From positions 2,653 through 66,652 of the forward strand of contig JADLBX010000018.1 of the NCBI GenBank assembly GCA_020847435.1: a stretch of 64,000 nt of DNA, read 5' to 3'. The stretch is from Anaerolineales bacterium (GTDB lineage Bacteria; Chloroflexota; Anaerolineae; Anaerolineales; Villigracilaceae). Shown here piece by piece: positions 28,384 to 37,833 of the stretch. A program made the translations under genes and the position numbers. Positions within the stretch are counted from its first letter, which is position 1, and every line of letters begins with the position of its first letter. Below the pieces are notes generated by a model that made no database searches, was not told the origin of the DNA, and saw only the letters and a program-made list of their open reading frames with translations.

Positions 28384-29967
28384 CTACAATTTTTTTCTCC
28401 GTCTTTTGAACGACGATTCATTCATCCGATGAAACAGAATCAACGTCAGCGGTTGATTGCCCAGCCAGCTGAGAAATGCCGCTGGAATTTTTGTCATACC
28501 TGTGGGCGGATCGGACAGTGAAAGCGCGGGCGAGAAATCTACAACGCGGTCGTCGAGTTGAAATTTTCCACGGTTCAACCGCCTCACTTTCGGGCTGGAT
28601 CTCAAAAAATCGAGCAATGCTTCCCGTTCTTTCGATGTCATCCACTGCGGCAGGTCGGAGGTGGCTTCGAAGTTGCAGAGCAGGGTGAGGTCTTGCAGAA
28701 GCTGTTTTTGTTCCGTCGACAAGGAATTTTCTTTTCCAACAAAATAAGCGACATCGGGGTCAATCAGCGTCAGCGGTTCGAGCCATAGGCGGTTGACCGT
28801 TGTGCGGATGGCATTACGCGTCCCTGGCGTTGAGAAGTTGTAGAGCAGGCGCGCATCGCGCGGGTCTTCCCATTTGCCCGAAACGTCTGGACCCACGCGC
28901 AGCGCGTCGCATAAACCCAACGACGGCAGAATCGGCGCGCCGCAGGCGAGGAAGTACGCGTCTGCGCCCATTGCGTCGCGCATGATTTTCAGCGCCTCGC
29001 GGTATGCGGCTTCGCGCGGCGCGTCGTTGTGGCGTTTGGCTGGTAGAGCGCCAGCATAGAGAAAATCCAATTTCAGATAATCGAACCCCCACGCGCGGAC
29101 TTGCTTCATCCGCGCGGCGACCCATTCGAGCGCGGCGGGATGCGTCGTATCCAGCGCGTACAGTTGTTCGCCCCAGTTGAATCCCGCCGAGACGAATTTC
29201 CCCTCTGCGTCGCGCAGGAACCAATCTGGATGATTCCGAAACAGGCGCGACGATTCGACCGCGATCAACGGCGCGAGCCACAATCCCGCCCGCCGTCCCG
29301 TGGATTTGATTCGATTCGCCAGCGCGCTCATGCCCGACGGAAATTTTGTATTCGCCTCCCAATCGCCGATGGACATTTGCCAGCCGTCGTCCACTTGGAA
29401 CACGTCAAAGGGGAGATCGCCCAAGCCGTCGAAAACTTGATGCAGGATCGTTTCGTCAATGGCGGTGTAGAGGCTGTACCACGAGCACCACACGCGTGGC
29501 GCGGGCTTGTTGGATTTGGCTCCCAAGTGTTTTGCGAGCTCGCTCGTGTATTTTTTGAAGACGGATTCTTCGTCGCCGCGTGCGATCAGCCATTCGACCT
29601 CGCCCGCTTCACTCCAACCTTCGAGTTGATTCTCTTTCAGCCGAACGTGCGCGTCCAACCCGAGCGCGCCGAGGAGGAGGATGTCGTCATTCGCAAGTTC
29701 AACTGTGCCGATCCACGATCCATGCGGGGAAGTTTCGTTTGCATAGCGCGGATCGGTTTGCAGGGGATGTAGAATCTTCGGGTGTTGGACGGGGAGGGGA
29801 GTCGGCTCCGTCCACGCGGCGAGGGACCAGGATTGCCATCCATGGCGGTAAAAAAGCCGAGGTGGGCGAGGCAGGCTGACCGTTAGAGAAGAAGCGTTTA
29901 AAAGTTGGGATGAGTCCGCCGAGGGGAGAGAATCCAGATTGAGGGGAGGAGTCGTCACGAGAGGCAT
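28384..29967 (-). CDS. Alpha-galactosidase, GH36
   Basis: HGWQSWS, WCSWY, FQVDDGWQ, GLWLAP, YLKLDFLY, RVGPDV, DPD. Confidence 0.9.
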   Translation of the reverse strand: MPLVTTPPLNLDSLPSADSSQLLNASSLTVSLPRPPRLFYRHGWQSWSLAAWTEPTPLPVQHPKILHPLQTDPRYANETSPHGSWIGTVELANDDILLLGALGLDAHVRLKENQLEGWSEAGEVEWLIARGDEESVFKKYTSELAKHLGAKSNKPAPRVWCSWYSLYTAIDETILHQVFDGLGDLPFDVFQVDDGWQMSIGDWEANTKFPSGMSALANRIKSTGRRAGLWLAPLIAVESSRLFRNHPDWFLRDAEGKFVSAGFNWGEQLYALDTTHPAALEWVAARMKQVRAWGFDYLKLDFLYAGALPAKRHNDAPREAAYREALKIMRDAMGADAYFLACGAPILPSLGLCDALRVGPDVSGKWEDPRDARLLYNFSTPGTRNAIRTTVNRLWLEPLTLIDPDVAYFVGKENSLSTEQKQLLQDLTLLCNFEATSDLPQWMTSKEREALLDFLRSSPKVRRLNRGKFQLDDRVVDFSPALSLSDPPTGMTKIPAAFLSWLGNQPLTLILFHRMNESSFKRRRKKL

Positions 29968-30020
29968 TATCCTGCTAAATTTGTTGACGGTCAATTACAG
30001 TTGTGGCATAATCCGCAACC

Positions 30021-30276
30021 GAAAGGCAGTGAGGAGAACGAGTAGATTTGCCGAGACTGTCAGCGAGCGTGGAAACGGTGTGAGCCACGTCAGTGAGTAA
30101 ATCGAAAATCATCTCGGAGCCATTGCGCTGAAATCGAAGTAAGCGAATCGGAGTTGTTCTCCGTTATCGGAACAGGATGATGTTGTCGTCCAATGAGCGC
30201 CCCGCGATTACGCGGGGAATCAGAGTGGTACCGCGAGATTTCTCTCGTCTCTGTTTGAGATGAGAGTTTTTGTTTT
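30021..30276 (+). promoter_or_regulatory. T-box riboswitch (Ile specifier) with terminator
   Basis: AGTA, AG box and GGTG-GA elements of stem I; specifier GAAA-ATC (30108-30110); T-box AATCAGAGTGGTACCGCG (30218-30235); terminator ctctcgtctc...gagatgagag + T-run. Confidence 0.92.
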
Positions 30277-30281
30277 AATTC

Positions 30282-30332
30282 GTAACGCGACATTTATGTC
30301 GCCATTTGATAGCGACATAAATGTCGCTGTAC
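30282..30332. repeat. REP-like doublet of two inverted palindromes between T-box and ileS RBS
   Basis: gtaacgcgacatttatgtcgc-catttgat-agcgacataaatgtcgctgtac. Confidence 0.65.
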
Positions 30333-30344
30333 GAGGAGCCAAGC

Positions 30345-33300
30345 ATGTTCAAACCCGTAAACTCAAAACTCAACGTGACTTCGATGGAAGAAGCCGTGAT
30401 GAAGTTTTGGAAGCAGCGCGACATTTTCAAGAAGACGACCGAGCAACGGCAGGGCGCGCCTGAGTATGTGTTTTACGAAGGTCCGCCGACCGCCAACGGC
30501 AAGCCTGGCGTGCATCACGTGTTGGCGCGCGCTTTCAAAGATATGTTCCCGCGCTACAAGATCATGCGCGGCTATCACGTGTCGCGGCGCGGCGGCTGGG
30601 ATACACACGGTCTGCCTGTCGAGATCGAAGTGGAAAAGCAACTCGGCTTCAATAACAAACAGCAGATCGAAGAATACGGCATCGATAAATTCAACGAACT
30701 CTGCAAAAAGTCCGTGTTCACGTACATCCAAGATTGGGAAAAACTCACCGACCGCATCGCCTTCTGGGTTGACCTGCAAGATGCGTACGTGACGTACACC
30801 AACGACTACATCGAGTCGGTGTGGTGGATTCTGAAAAACTTCTGGGATAAAGACCTGCTTTACAAGGGATATAAGGTCGTGCCGTATTGCCCGCGTTGCG
30901 GCACGCCTCTTTCGGACCATGAAGTTGCCCTCGGCTACGACGACGCGGTCGACCCTTCGGTTTTTGTCCGCATGCCGCTGGTGGATAAGCCCGACACCTC
31001 GTTGCTCGTGTGGACGACCACGCCGTGGACGCTGCCAGGCAACGTCGGCGTCGTCGCGCATCCCGACGTGGATTACGTCACGGTCGAACGCGCCCACAAC
31101 GGCGGAACCGAGAAGTTAATCCTTGCCAAAGCGCTCGTCGAAAAAGTTTTCGGCGAGGAAGAGGTCAAAGTCCTCGACACGTTCAAGGGCAAGAAACTCA
31201 AGGATGTGAAATATCATCCGCTGTTCACTTTCCTGCCGCCCGACAAGCCCGCGCATTACGTTGTCCTCGGCGATTTCGTCACCACCGAAGACGGCACGGG
31301 ACTCGTTCACATGGCGCCTGCGTTCGGTCAGGAAGACATGGAAATGGCGAAACAGCACAACCTTCCCGTGTTGATGACGGTTCTTCCCGACGGGACGTTT
31401 GTTTCGGAGGTGACGCCGTGGCGCGGCGTCTTCGTCAAAACAGCCGATCCGATGATCATCGAAGATTTGCGCGCGCGGGGTTTGCTTTTCAGGTCGGAGG
31501 AGTACAAGCACACGTATCCGTTCTGCTGGCGGTGTCACACACCGTTGCTGTATTACGCGCGTGAGTCGTGGTACATCCGCACGTCTGCGTACCGCGACAA
31601 ATTGGTTGGCTTGAACAACACCATCAACTGGGTTCCCGAACACACGCGTGAAGGTCGCTTCGGTAACTGGCTTTCCAACAACATTGACTGGGCGTTGAGC
31701 CGCGAGCGATATTGGGGCACGCCGCTTCCCATCTGGGAATGTGAATCGTGCAAACATCGTGAGGGCGTCGGCTCGGTGAAGGAGCTTTCCGAAAAATCGG
31801 GCAAAGACCTCAGCGACCTCGACCTCCATCGCCCGTATGTGGACCAAGTCCATTGGGATTGCCCCGACTGCGGCGGCAAGATGAAGCGCGTCCCAGACTT
31901 GATCGACGTGTGGTTCGACTCAGGTTCGATGCCTGTCGCGCAGTGGCATTATCCGTTTGAGAACAAAGAGAAATTTGAATCGCAATTTCCCGCGGATTAC
32001 ATCTGCGAAGCCGTTGACCAAACGCGCGGCTGGTTCTATTCGCTCCATGCCATCAGCACCTTGCTGTTTGAAAAAGTCTCATTCAAGAATGTGGTCTGCC
32101 TCGGCTTGATCCTCGACGGCGAAGGCGAGAAGATGTCGAAGTCGAAAGGCAACATCATCGCGCCATGGGATGTGTTGAGCGTCCACGGCGCGGACGCGTT
32201 CCGCTGGTATCTCTACACGGCAACGCCGCCAGGACAGGACCGCCGCTTTTCTCCCGATTTGGTAGGCGAGGTCATTCGCAACTTCACGCTCACGTTGTGG
32301 AACGTCTATTCGTTCTTCGTGACGTATGCGAACCTCGACAAACCCACTGTCACCACTGCGCCGATCGCGACCAGCGACCTTGATCGTTGGTTGCTCTCGG
32401 AACTGAACGTGCTTGTCCGCGACGTGACGGAGGCGTACGAAACTTATGACGTGACGAATGCCACGCGTCCCATCGAAGCATTCGTGGAGAAATTGTCCAC
32501 GTGGTATTTGCGACGTTCACGCCGCCGCTTCTGGAAATCCGAATCGGACTCCGACAAGCAAGCCGCCTACTCGACGTTATACACGGCTCTAGTCACCCTC
32601 TCGAAACTGCTCGCGCCTGCGATGCCTTTTCTCGCCGACGAGCTTTATCAAAACCTCGTCCGCTCCGTGGACGAGTCCGCGCCCGAGTCGGTGCATTTAG
32701 CGAAGTGGCCCGAGGCATTACCTGAAATGATCGACGAATCGCTCAACCGCGATATGGCGCTGGTGATGAAGCTCGTCTCGCTTGGTCATTCCGCGCGGCA
32801 GAAAGCGAATCGCAAAGTCCGTCAGCCGCTAGCGGAAGCCGCGTTCTCCGTCGGCAATGCGAACGAGCGCAGCGCTGTCGAAAAATACGCCGACCTGTTC
32901 ACGGACGAATTGAATGTGAAGAAAGTCCGCTTGCTCGACGCGTCAACGGAAGCCGTGTCGCACACGGTCAAGCCGTTGCCCAAGCAGTTGGGACAGAAAT
33001 ACGGCAATAAATTCCCCGCGTTGCAAAAGGCGATCCTAGCCATGAACGCGGAAGAAGTTGCGAAGACGTTGATGGCTGGCGAAACGCTGAAGGTTTCTGT
33101 GGAAGGAAATGATTACGGCGTCGTGTCTGACGAAGTCGAGGTCAAGGCGCAGGCGAAGGAGGGATTCGCTGTCGCCGAAGATCAAGCGTATGTCGCCGCG
33201 TTGGTCACCGAGTTGACTCCCGAACTCGTGCAGGAAGGTTTGGCGCGCGAATTTGTCCGCCGCGTGCAAGACCTCCGCAAGAGCGCCGACTTGGACGTCG

Positions 33301-33488
33301 CCGACAGGATCGCGTTGTTCGTCGAAACGTCGGCAGGCCTAACGTCCGCGATTGAAGCGCATAGGGATTACATCACCGCCGAAACGCTCGCGTCGAATCT
33401 CCAGTTTGCGAGTCCGCCAAGCGATGCATCCAGTGTGGAGGATTCGTTCGACGGCGAGACGGTCAAAGTTGGGTTGGTCAAAAAATAA
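30345..33488 (+). CDS. ileS: Isoleucine--tRNA ligase, type 2
   Basis: EGPPTANGKPGVHH, GWDTHGLP, WTTTPWTL, DWALSRERYWG, DQTRGWFY, KMSKS, type-2 C-terminus EGLAREFVRRVQDLRK; RBS gaggag. Confidence 0.97.
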   Translation: MFKPVNSKLNVTSMEEAVMKFWKQRDIFKKTTEQRQGAPEYVFYEGPPTANGKPGVHHVLARAFKDMFPRYKIMRGYHVSRRGGWDTHGLPVEIEVEKQLGFNNKQQIEEYGIDKFNELCKKSVFTYIQDWEKLTDRIAFWVDLQDAYVTYTNDYIESVWWILKNFWDKDLLYKGYKVVPYCPRCGTPLSDHEVALGYDDAVDPSVFVRMPLVDKPDTSLLVWTTTPWTLPGNVGVVAHPDVDYVTVERAHNGGTEKLILAKALVEKVFGEEEVKVLDTFKGKKLKDVKYHPLFTFLPPDKPAHYVVLGDFVTTEDGTGLVHMAPAFGQEDMEMAKQHNLPVLMTVLPDGTFVSEVTPWRGVFVKTADPMIIEDLRARGLLFRSEEYKHTYPFCWRCHTPLLYYARESWYIRTSAYRDKLVGLNNTINWVPEHTREGRFGNWLSNNIDWALSRERYWGTPLPIWECESCKHREGVGSVKELSEKSGKDLSDLDLHRPYVDQVHWDCPDCGGKMKRVPDLIDVWFDSGSMPVAQWHYPFENKEKFESQFPADYICEAVDQTRGWFYSLHAISTLLFEKVSFKNVVCLGLILDGEGEKMSKSKGNIIAPWDVLSVHGADAFRWYLYTATPPGQDRRFSPDLVGEVIRNFTLTLWNVYSFFVTYANLDKPTVTTAPIATSDLDRWLLSELNVLVRDVTEAYETYDVTNATRPIEAFVEKLSTWYLRRSRRRFWKSESDSDKQAAYSTLYTALVTLSKLLAPAMPFLADELYQNLVRSVDESAPESVHLAKWPEALPEMIDESLNRDMALVMKLVSLGHSARQKANRKVRQPLAEAAFSVGNANERSAVEKYADLFTDELNVKKVRLLDASTEAVSHTVKPLPKQLGQKYGNKFPALQKAILAMNAEEVAKTLMAGETLKVSVEGNDYGVVSDEVEVKAQAKEGFAVAEDQAYVAALVTELTPELVQEGLAREFVRRVQDLRKSADLDVADRIALFVETSAGLTSAIEAHRDYITAETLASNLQFASPPSDASSVEDSFDGETVKVGLVKK

Positions 33489-33504
33489 GGAGCATCAAAT
33501 AATT

Positions 33505-33536
33505 TTGAAAGGCGCGTCGCGAGGCGCGCTTTTCAA
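33505..33536 (+). terminator. Hairpin after ileS
   Basis: ttgaaaggcgcgtc-gcga-ggcgcgcttttcaa. Confidence 0.6.
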
Positions 33537-33546
33537 TTTATAATTG

Positions 33547-33572
33547 GCAGTGACGACTTAAGTCGTCACTAC
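33547..33572. repeat. 26-bp REP-like palindrome (family C)
   Basis: gcagtgacgacttaagtcgtcactac. Confidence 0.78.
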
Positions 33573-33585
33573 GAAATTTTGCGAG

Positions 33586-34317
33586 GTGTTCATGTTCGAG
33601 AGATTTCCGCTTTGGCTTCGTAAGACATTGGCATGGAGCGTCCATTTATTTACCGCCACCGGCGCGGTGTGGGGATTCTTGACGCTGCTTGCCATTTGGG
33701 AATCGAATTTCAAACTTGCTATCCTTTACATCGTCATCGCCATGCTCGTAGATGGGTTCGACGGCATGTTGGCGCGCTGGTTCCATGTGAAGGAATATGC
33801 CGCCGGAGTGGACGGCGGCTTGATGGACAACATCATTGATTACCTGAATTACGTCGTGGTGGCGGCGTTGATGTTAATCCGAGCGCCGGGCTTGCTCCCG
33901 GATGGTTTTGCAATGGCGGCGGCGGTATCTATCTTGCTCACTTCCGCGTATCAGTTCTCGCAGACCGACGCAAAAACCGACAGCGATTCCTATTTCTTCA
34001 AAGGCTTTCCTTCCGTTTGGAATTTTCTGGTCGTCTACATGATGCTGCTCGGTTTGAACTCGTGGGTCAATTTCGCGTTAGTCGTACTTTGCAACATCCT
34101 CATTTTTGTTCCGGTCAAATATCTTTATCCCTCGCGTAATATGCGTTTGCGCCGTTTCACGCTGGGCTTCACCTACCTCTACGCCGGGTTGGGCGTTTGG
34201 GCGCTACTGCAATATCCAGACGTGCCGGAATGGGTCGCGCCGGTCTCGTTCGTGTATGTGGCGTATTATGCGCTGTTGAGTTTCTTCCCGAAATTCGGAA
34301 TGGCGAAGCCCGCCTAA
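33586..34317 (+). CDS. CDP-alcohol phosphatidyltransferase, phosphatidylcholine synthase-like
   Basis: VHLFTATG, DGFDGMLAR...DGGLMDNIIDYLNYV, KT...FFKGFPSVWN. Confidence 0.82.
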   Translation: MFMFERFPLWLRKTLAWSVHLFTATGAVWGFLTLLAIWESNFKLAILYIVIAMLVDGFDGMLARWFHVKEYAAGVDGGLMDNIIDYLNYVVVAALMLIRAPGLLPDGFAMAAAVSILLTSAYQFSQTDAKTDSDSYFFKGFPSVWNFLVVYMMLLGLNSWVNFALVVLCNILIFVPVKYLYPSRNMRLRRFTLGFTYLYAGLGVWALLQYPDVPEWVAPVSFVYVAYYALLSFFPKFGMAKPA

Positions 34318-34321
34318 GCCG

Positions 34322-34759
34322 ATGTTTATTACGCAGGCGGTCGAAGTCACAGACGAACTTGTCGCCGCGCTGGAACGGCTAATACCTCAATTGGGGAAAA
34401 ACAAATCCGCACTGCCACGCGCTGAATTAATTTCCCTGCTCGCCTCCGACTCGACCTGGCTGTTGATCGCGCGCGCCCCCGACGCAAACGGCGAGATCGT
34501 CGGCGCGCTCACGCTGGTCGTCTATCGCGTCCCGACCGGCATCCGCTCCGTCGTAGAAGACGCGGTTGTGGACGCGGAATTTCGGCGGCGGGGAATTGCG
34601 AAAGAGTTGTTGCGGCAAGCCATCGAATTTGCGCGGCGCGCCGGCGCAGACAATGTTTCGCTCACGTCCAACCCCGCGCGCGTGGAAGCCAATCGGCTCT
34701 ATCAGACGCTCGGCTTTCAGCGCCGCGAATCGAATCTTTATCATCTCCAACTGCGGTAG
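34322..34759 (+). CDS. GNAT family N-acetyltransferase
   Basis: VEDAVVDAEFRRRGIA, LTSNPARVEANRLYQTLGF. Confidence 0.9.
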   Translation: MFITQAVEVTDELVAALERLIPQLGKNKSALPRAELISLLASDSTWLLIARAPDANGEIVGALTLVVYRVPTGIRSVVEDAVVDAEFRRRGIAKELLRQAIEFARRAGADNVSLTSNPARVEANRLYQTLGFQRRESNLYHLQLR

Positions 34760-34838
34760 CGTGACATTCCAACTTCCGCACGCGTCTCTCGCGGACGTGC
34801 GGCTGGGCGCGCGTGCGCCGCGTTTTCTCCGCCCCAAT

Positions 34839-36173
34839 TTACAGAGTCTCGTCCGCCAGCAAGCGCTGATAGTGTTCGGGGGTGTCCACGTCGAGCAAGA
34901 GCCGGTCGTCGTGCCACGGCAGGTACTCCACGCGGTGTTTGTGAAAAACTGCCCGCCCGCCGACGTCTCCTTTCAGCGCCAGGAGGTCGTCAAACGTTCG
35001 GCGGTCCCACAAGACCGGGTTCGCGCGGCGGTCCATTACCAGCGGCGCGACGATTGAGTAAAGCCCCTCGGCGTGTTTCTCGACCAACGCCTGCAAAACG
35101 GATGCCGTGATTTGCGGCTGGTCAACCAGCAGGAAGATCGCCGCGCCGGCATTTGCGTCTGTGGCGCGCAGCGCGTGGATGCCCGCCCGAATGGACGCGC
35201 TTTGCCCCTCCTTGTAATTTGCGTTTTCGACGAGCGTGACGTTCAGGTCGTTGACCGTCTCCGCGATCTCGTCTTTGTGCGCCCCAGCGACGAGCAGAAC
35301 CGGAGATAAGCCAGCCTCCATCGCCTTTTTGGCGACAGCCCTCGCAAACGGTTCGCCCTTCCAATCCAGCAATTGCTTCGGCTTCCCAAAGCGGGAGGAT
35401 TCGCCCGCCGCGAGAATGATCGCCGCGATGCGTTCGTGCGCGGCGTGGATTTTGTTTTGCTTTAGGTCGGCAATCAGCGCCGAATCAAAACCGGTGAGCA
35501 GTTGTTTTGCCATGCCGCGTCCGCTGGCTTGGAGTTCGGGCGTATCGGCTTGGTTGAGCAGAATCGTGCGCCGCGCCGCGCGTGGAAAGTTTTTCCGCGC
35601 GCCGTTGCTGTGAAGTAACGCGTTGACCAATCCGCCGGTTTCGATCGGCGTATTCGGTTGTATTCCACTGAGTTTGGAAAACAATTCAGGACGATGGACA
35701 TATTCATCCGTCAACGACTTGCCTAAACCGCTCAACCCAGCGACTTGCACCACATGGTCGGCAAATGCGGGAATCGGCGGCTCGTGATCCGCCCAGCCTT
35801 TCAACGGCTTTTGCCGCGAACCGTCCGCTTCGATGAGCAGGGGAATGGAGTGTCCCGCGCAAAAGCTACGAATCGAATCCAGCGCGTCGTTTGACGCGGG
35901 TTTTGTCCGGGCGCCGTCAATCGCCCCGGTGATGAGAACTACGCCGTTTAAATCTTTTTCAAGATTTGCCAATTCATTTGCATCATTGACGATCAAGTGT
36001 TTGTCCGCCAGCGCAATTTGCCACGTCCCCAAGTGCGACGTCGCGGCGACGATCACCGGCGGCGTTAATTGTCTTGCCAGTTGAAAAAGCGCGGCGGTCT
36101 TGCCTCCCGACCCAACAAAGGCAATACAGTTCGACTCGTCGGCGCGCAGCGCTTGTGCCAGCGTACGATTCAT
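34839..36173 (-). CDS. YqeC (Se-dependent Mo hydroxylase accessory) fused to MocA-like Moco cytidylyltransferase
   Basis: AFVGSGGKT and IEADGSRQKPLK (YqeC); ILAAGESSRFGKPKQL, GQSASI, LVDQP, GDVGGR, DVDTPE (MocA). Confidence 0.88.
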   Translation of the reverse strand: MNRTLAQALRADESNCIAFVGSGGKTAALFQLARQLTPPVIVAATSHLGTWQIALADKHLIVNDANELANLEKDLNGVVLITGAIDGARTKPASNDALDSIRSFCAGHSIPLLIEADGSRQKPLKGWADHEPPIPAFADHVVQVAGLSGLGKSLTDEYVHRPELFSKLSGIQPNTPIETGGLVNALLHSNGARKNFPRAARRTILLNQADTPELQASGRGMAKQLLTGFDSALIADLKQNKIHAAHERIAAIILAAGESSRFGKPKQLLDWKGEPFARAVAKKAMEAGLSPVLLVAGAHKDEIAETVNDLNVTLVENANYKEGQSASIRAGIHALRATDANAGAAIFLLVDQPQITASVLQALVEKHAEGLYSIVAPLVMDRRANPVLWDRRTFDDLLALKGDVGGRAVFHKHRVEYLPWHDDRLLLDVDTPEHYQRLLADETL

Positions 36174-36261
36174 GTCGAGATTATACATCTTCGATTAAGG
36201 TACGGTATAATACTGCCCGGCGCGCAAGAGCCGCCGCGAAAATTTTTCATCAAGGCATGGT

Positions 36262-37833
36262 ATGGTAGGCAACTTACTCGAATCTCTCGATACTTGGGCT
36301 GATATCCAAATAACCCGGCAAGACGTCGAATTCCTGCACAACTATTTATTTGAACATGAAACCCCGCTGACATCGCGCGAGCTGGCGTTGGTTTTGATTC
36401 ACGAACGCAATCGCGCCGAGCGCGCCGCTCTGCAGAAACAGCAAAAGGGCAGCGGCAAAGTTTACTTTCCAAAAGATTCGTATCAGGTGGGCGATGAACT
36501 GGTTTTCCCCGCGCTGGCATGGAAGCATGGAACGGTCGCCGAGGCGCGGGCTGGCGTAAATCCCGAAGTCGGTTCGTTCAACGTATTGACTGTTGACCTC
36601 GATAACGGGTCCCGGCGGATGTTCGCTTGCGACTTGCCGAAACATGCGTTGAACGATAAACCCGTCACCGTTGAAAATGAAGGGTTTGAGCCTGATGCGA
36701 TCATCGAGCGCTACGGCGAGGATATTGACCATAAACTTGAAACGGCTTTCAACGACGATTCGCAGTTGACGCGCATTGCAGGCAAATGGTTCCCGCGCGC
36801 CCTGCTGGTTGACGTTAATCAAGGGAATCTGAATCTGGCTGAGGCAGTCTTGGATATGTCCGGGGGCGAACCGTTGCCCACCTCCGCCTTGCTAAAAGAC
36901 GTTGCCTTGCCGGAGGGCGTCAATCCCAAATTGGCTGAATTCTCGTTGAACCTCGCGTTGCAAGATGACGGGCGCTTCGATGAAGTCGGTACGGCAGGCG
37001 AGGTGCTGTGGTATCTCAGACGCCTCGAACCGGACGAAGTGCAAAACACGCCGAAATTTCTACAATACGATCCGCTTGAATATGACCCTTCGGCGCTGGA
37101 TAAACAAATGCTCGACCTCATCGCGCTGGTGGACGACGAACTCAGCGAGTTGGAGATCAAAACCGATTCCCAGCCACAGAAGGAAGTCTCGATCTCGCTG
37201 ATCTATCCGCACTTCCGCGCGGGGACGTTACCGATCTCGGCGCGCGTGCGCTCGTTCTTTCCGACCGCCTACGAATCGCCGCGCGTCCGCTTTACCCTCG
37301 TGGACGGAAAAACGCGCCAGCGGATTCCCGCCTGGGTCGTGCGCGAGCATGGGTACGTCTACGGTTTGCGCGACTGGTATAAATCCAACGGATTGATCCC
37401 CGGTAGTTTGATCCGCGTCCGCCGCGGCGACACACCGGGTGAAGTGATCATCGAAGCGCGGACATATCGCGCCACCAAAGACTGGATGCGTACCGCCATC
37501 GTCGGCGCGGATGGGGGTGTGGTCTTCGCCATGTTGAAACAAGCCGTCTCCGCCGAATTCAACGACCGCATGGCGTTCGTCACACCTGCTTTCGAAACCG
37601 TGGACCGGCTGTGGGCGCAGGAACAAAAACGCCCGTTCGACCGACTCGTCGTGGATCTGATCCGTGAATTATCCAAACTAACCCCGCAGGGACATGTCCA
37701 TGCGCAGGAATTGTATGCCGCGGTTAACATCCTCCGGCGGACGCCGCCGGCGCCGCTTTTTGCACTGTTAGCGAGTAAACCGGAATTTGTCCACGTCGGC
37801 GACCTGCACTTCCGATTGGGAGAGGCGGAATAA
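36262..37833 (+). CDS. Hypothetical 523-aa protein (predicted SH3-like, winged-helix and B3-like domains)
   Basis: Long ORF with host-like composition; abuts the next ORF; domain guesses from sequence pattern only. Confidence 0.8.
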   Translation: MVGNLLESLDTWADIQITRQDVEFLHNYLFEHETPLTSRELALVLIHERNRAERAALQKQQKGSGKVYFPKDSYQVGDELVFPALAWKHGTVAEARAGVNPEVGSFNVLTVDLDNGSRRMFACDLPKHALNDKPVTVENEGFEPDAIIERYGEDIDHKLETAFNDDSQLTRIAGKWFPRALLVDVNQGNLNLAEAVLDMSGGEPLPTSALLKDVALPEGVNPKLAEFSLNLALQDDGRFDEVGTAGEVLWYLRRLEPDEVQNTPKFLQYDPLEYDPSALDKQMLDLIALVDDELSELEIKTDSQPQKEVSISLIYPHFRAGTLPISARVRSFFPTAYESPRVRFTLVDGKTRQRIPAWVVREHGYVYGLRDWYKSNGLIPGSLIRVRRGDTPGEVIIEARTYRATKDWMRTAIVGADGGVVFAMLKQAVSAEFNDRMAFVTPAFETVDRLWAQEQKRPFDRLVVDLIRELSKLTPQGHVHAQELYAAVNILRRTPPAPLFALLASKPEFVHVGDLHFRLGEAE

